Shown here one piece after another: positions 62,945 through 64,000 of a stretch of DNA of 64,000 nt. Positions within the stretch are counted from its first letter, which is position 1, and every line of letters starts with the position of its first letter. A model generated the notes under the pieces. It was given only the letters and a program-made list of their open reading frames with translations. It was not told where the DNA came from and ran no database searches. Both the position numbers and the translations under genes were made by a program. This DNA comes from Ruditapes philippinarum (Eukaryota), in contig NW_026866846.1 of NCBI RefSeq assembly GCF_026571515.1, positions 62,001-126,000 on the forward strand, given 5' to 3'.

Positions 62945-63070
62945 ATCGTGCTAGGGGGCGTGGACGGTAACTTGCACTTTCCAATACCGTTCATGAACAG
63001 GCTCAATCAAACCGAGCCTGCAACATTTTCAATTTTGCCGTGTTGGGCTTTCTTTAGGGATTCTGTATTT
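62945..63070. repeat. Repeat family R1 fragment
   Basis: gtgctagggggcgtggacggtaacttgcac...acaggctcaatcaaaccgagcctgcaac...tttagggattc. Confidence 0.8.
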
Positions 63071-63749
63071 ATCTATTTGACAATAGATAACATTTTCTGT
63101 CTCAAAAGAGTCTCACAACATTTTCTCAAAAGCAAAAAGTGGAGCTTTTGGCTTCAAGGCATTTCATAAATGTGTCTATTTCTCCTTAAGTTCATTCGGT
63201 GCACTTTTGCAGAGAGTAACCTGTCAGATGATACAGTAAAAGTTGGTATAAAATGCTCCCGTACACTCAACTGAAACCTTATTCTAATTCAATGAATTCG
63301 ATGAGCTGGCGATATTCTGACTCATAGCGAGGAGAGGCATTAAATACACTTGGAACTGGTACAGGGACATATAGGCCTCTATCAGATTAAATTAGAAATT
63401 AGATTACATGGACGGTTTAAGTGACCTACAGCTTGACCTAAAATGCAGTTCTTGTTCACATTGAGGTGCATTATCACCAGTTAACATTGAAGGGTACGAC
63501 GGTGACGTGTCCCCGTATCCGATAGAGTTCTGCTACTTATCTGTTAAGGTTGATGCACACTCATTAAGCCAAGAAAACATCAACAATTAGAGTAATTTGT
63601 TGAGCTATTATACGTTATAACAAATCACGATATACATGTAATTGTTTATGGATCGTATATTGATATTGCTGGTTAGTGTATGCTACATGACCCGATTAGG
63701 CATTTGTTTTTTATCAGATAATAGCTTGTTCAAGAACAAAATAGTATTT

Positions 63750-63797
63750 TCATCATCATCATCACCATCATCATTATCATCATCATTATCATCATTA
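63750..63797. repeat. (TCA)n microsatellite, imperfect
   Basis: tcatcatcatcatcaccatcatcattatcatcatcattatcatcatta. Confidence 0.9.
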
Positions 63798-64000
63798 TAT
63801 TTATTGTATCATAGTTTGGGGACATTTCTGTTGAAAATGTGTCAGAGTTAAATCGTATACATTACATATACATGCACAGTGCGTTAACTGGAGTGCAGGT
63901 ATTTGTTACCCGCACTCCAGAGCATGCCCATTGATTGGCTCATTTTTCCTGGGGTTTACTTATTGTGACGGCAGGGAAAGGGAAAGCGACAGAAATATCA

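Overview
AT-rich, intron-containing animal genomic DNA. The repeat families and protein types suggest a bivalve mollusc, but this is inference. The ORF track hides the main content. Manual splice assembly (GT..AG, reading phase checked at every junction) gives a head-to-tail, all-plus-strand tandem cluster of related secreted-protein genes. Eight are complete (A 3340-8241, B 10088-13796, C 18589-24526, E 34741-37462, F 40020-42693, G 46036-49036, H 54568-56515, I 59282-60953), one is 5'-incomplete (D 28072-29953), and there is one orphan terminal exon (26798-26919). They use one modular plan: a signal peptide split by a phase-0 intron; an optional 4-Cys follistatin-N-like module; an optional ExxLLxxAxxG motif; a hypervariable low-complexity region (GQFGP, YRG, YPxM, RP, His/Pro; a WAP domain in C); an optional Asn-rich motif ending SGNVxVxQ; and a C-terminal 6-Cys module. 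Modules are joined by phase-1 introns. I do not recognise the family. It resembles mantle/shell-matrix, adhesive or defence proteins. Promoters of C, F and G share a GATTGACA..TGACGTAA..GTTAA composite element. Non-coding content includes tRNA-derived SINEs, several palindromic MITEs, a PIF/Harbinger-type element with a nested Penelope-like RT fragment, a 62-bp satellite, a 62-bp polyadenylated retro-insertion with a 16-bp TSD, and a ~260-300-bp dispersed repeat at the boundaries between gene subgroups. All models are sequence-only and need transcript confirmation.
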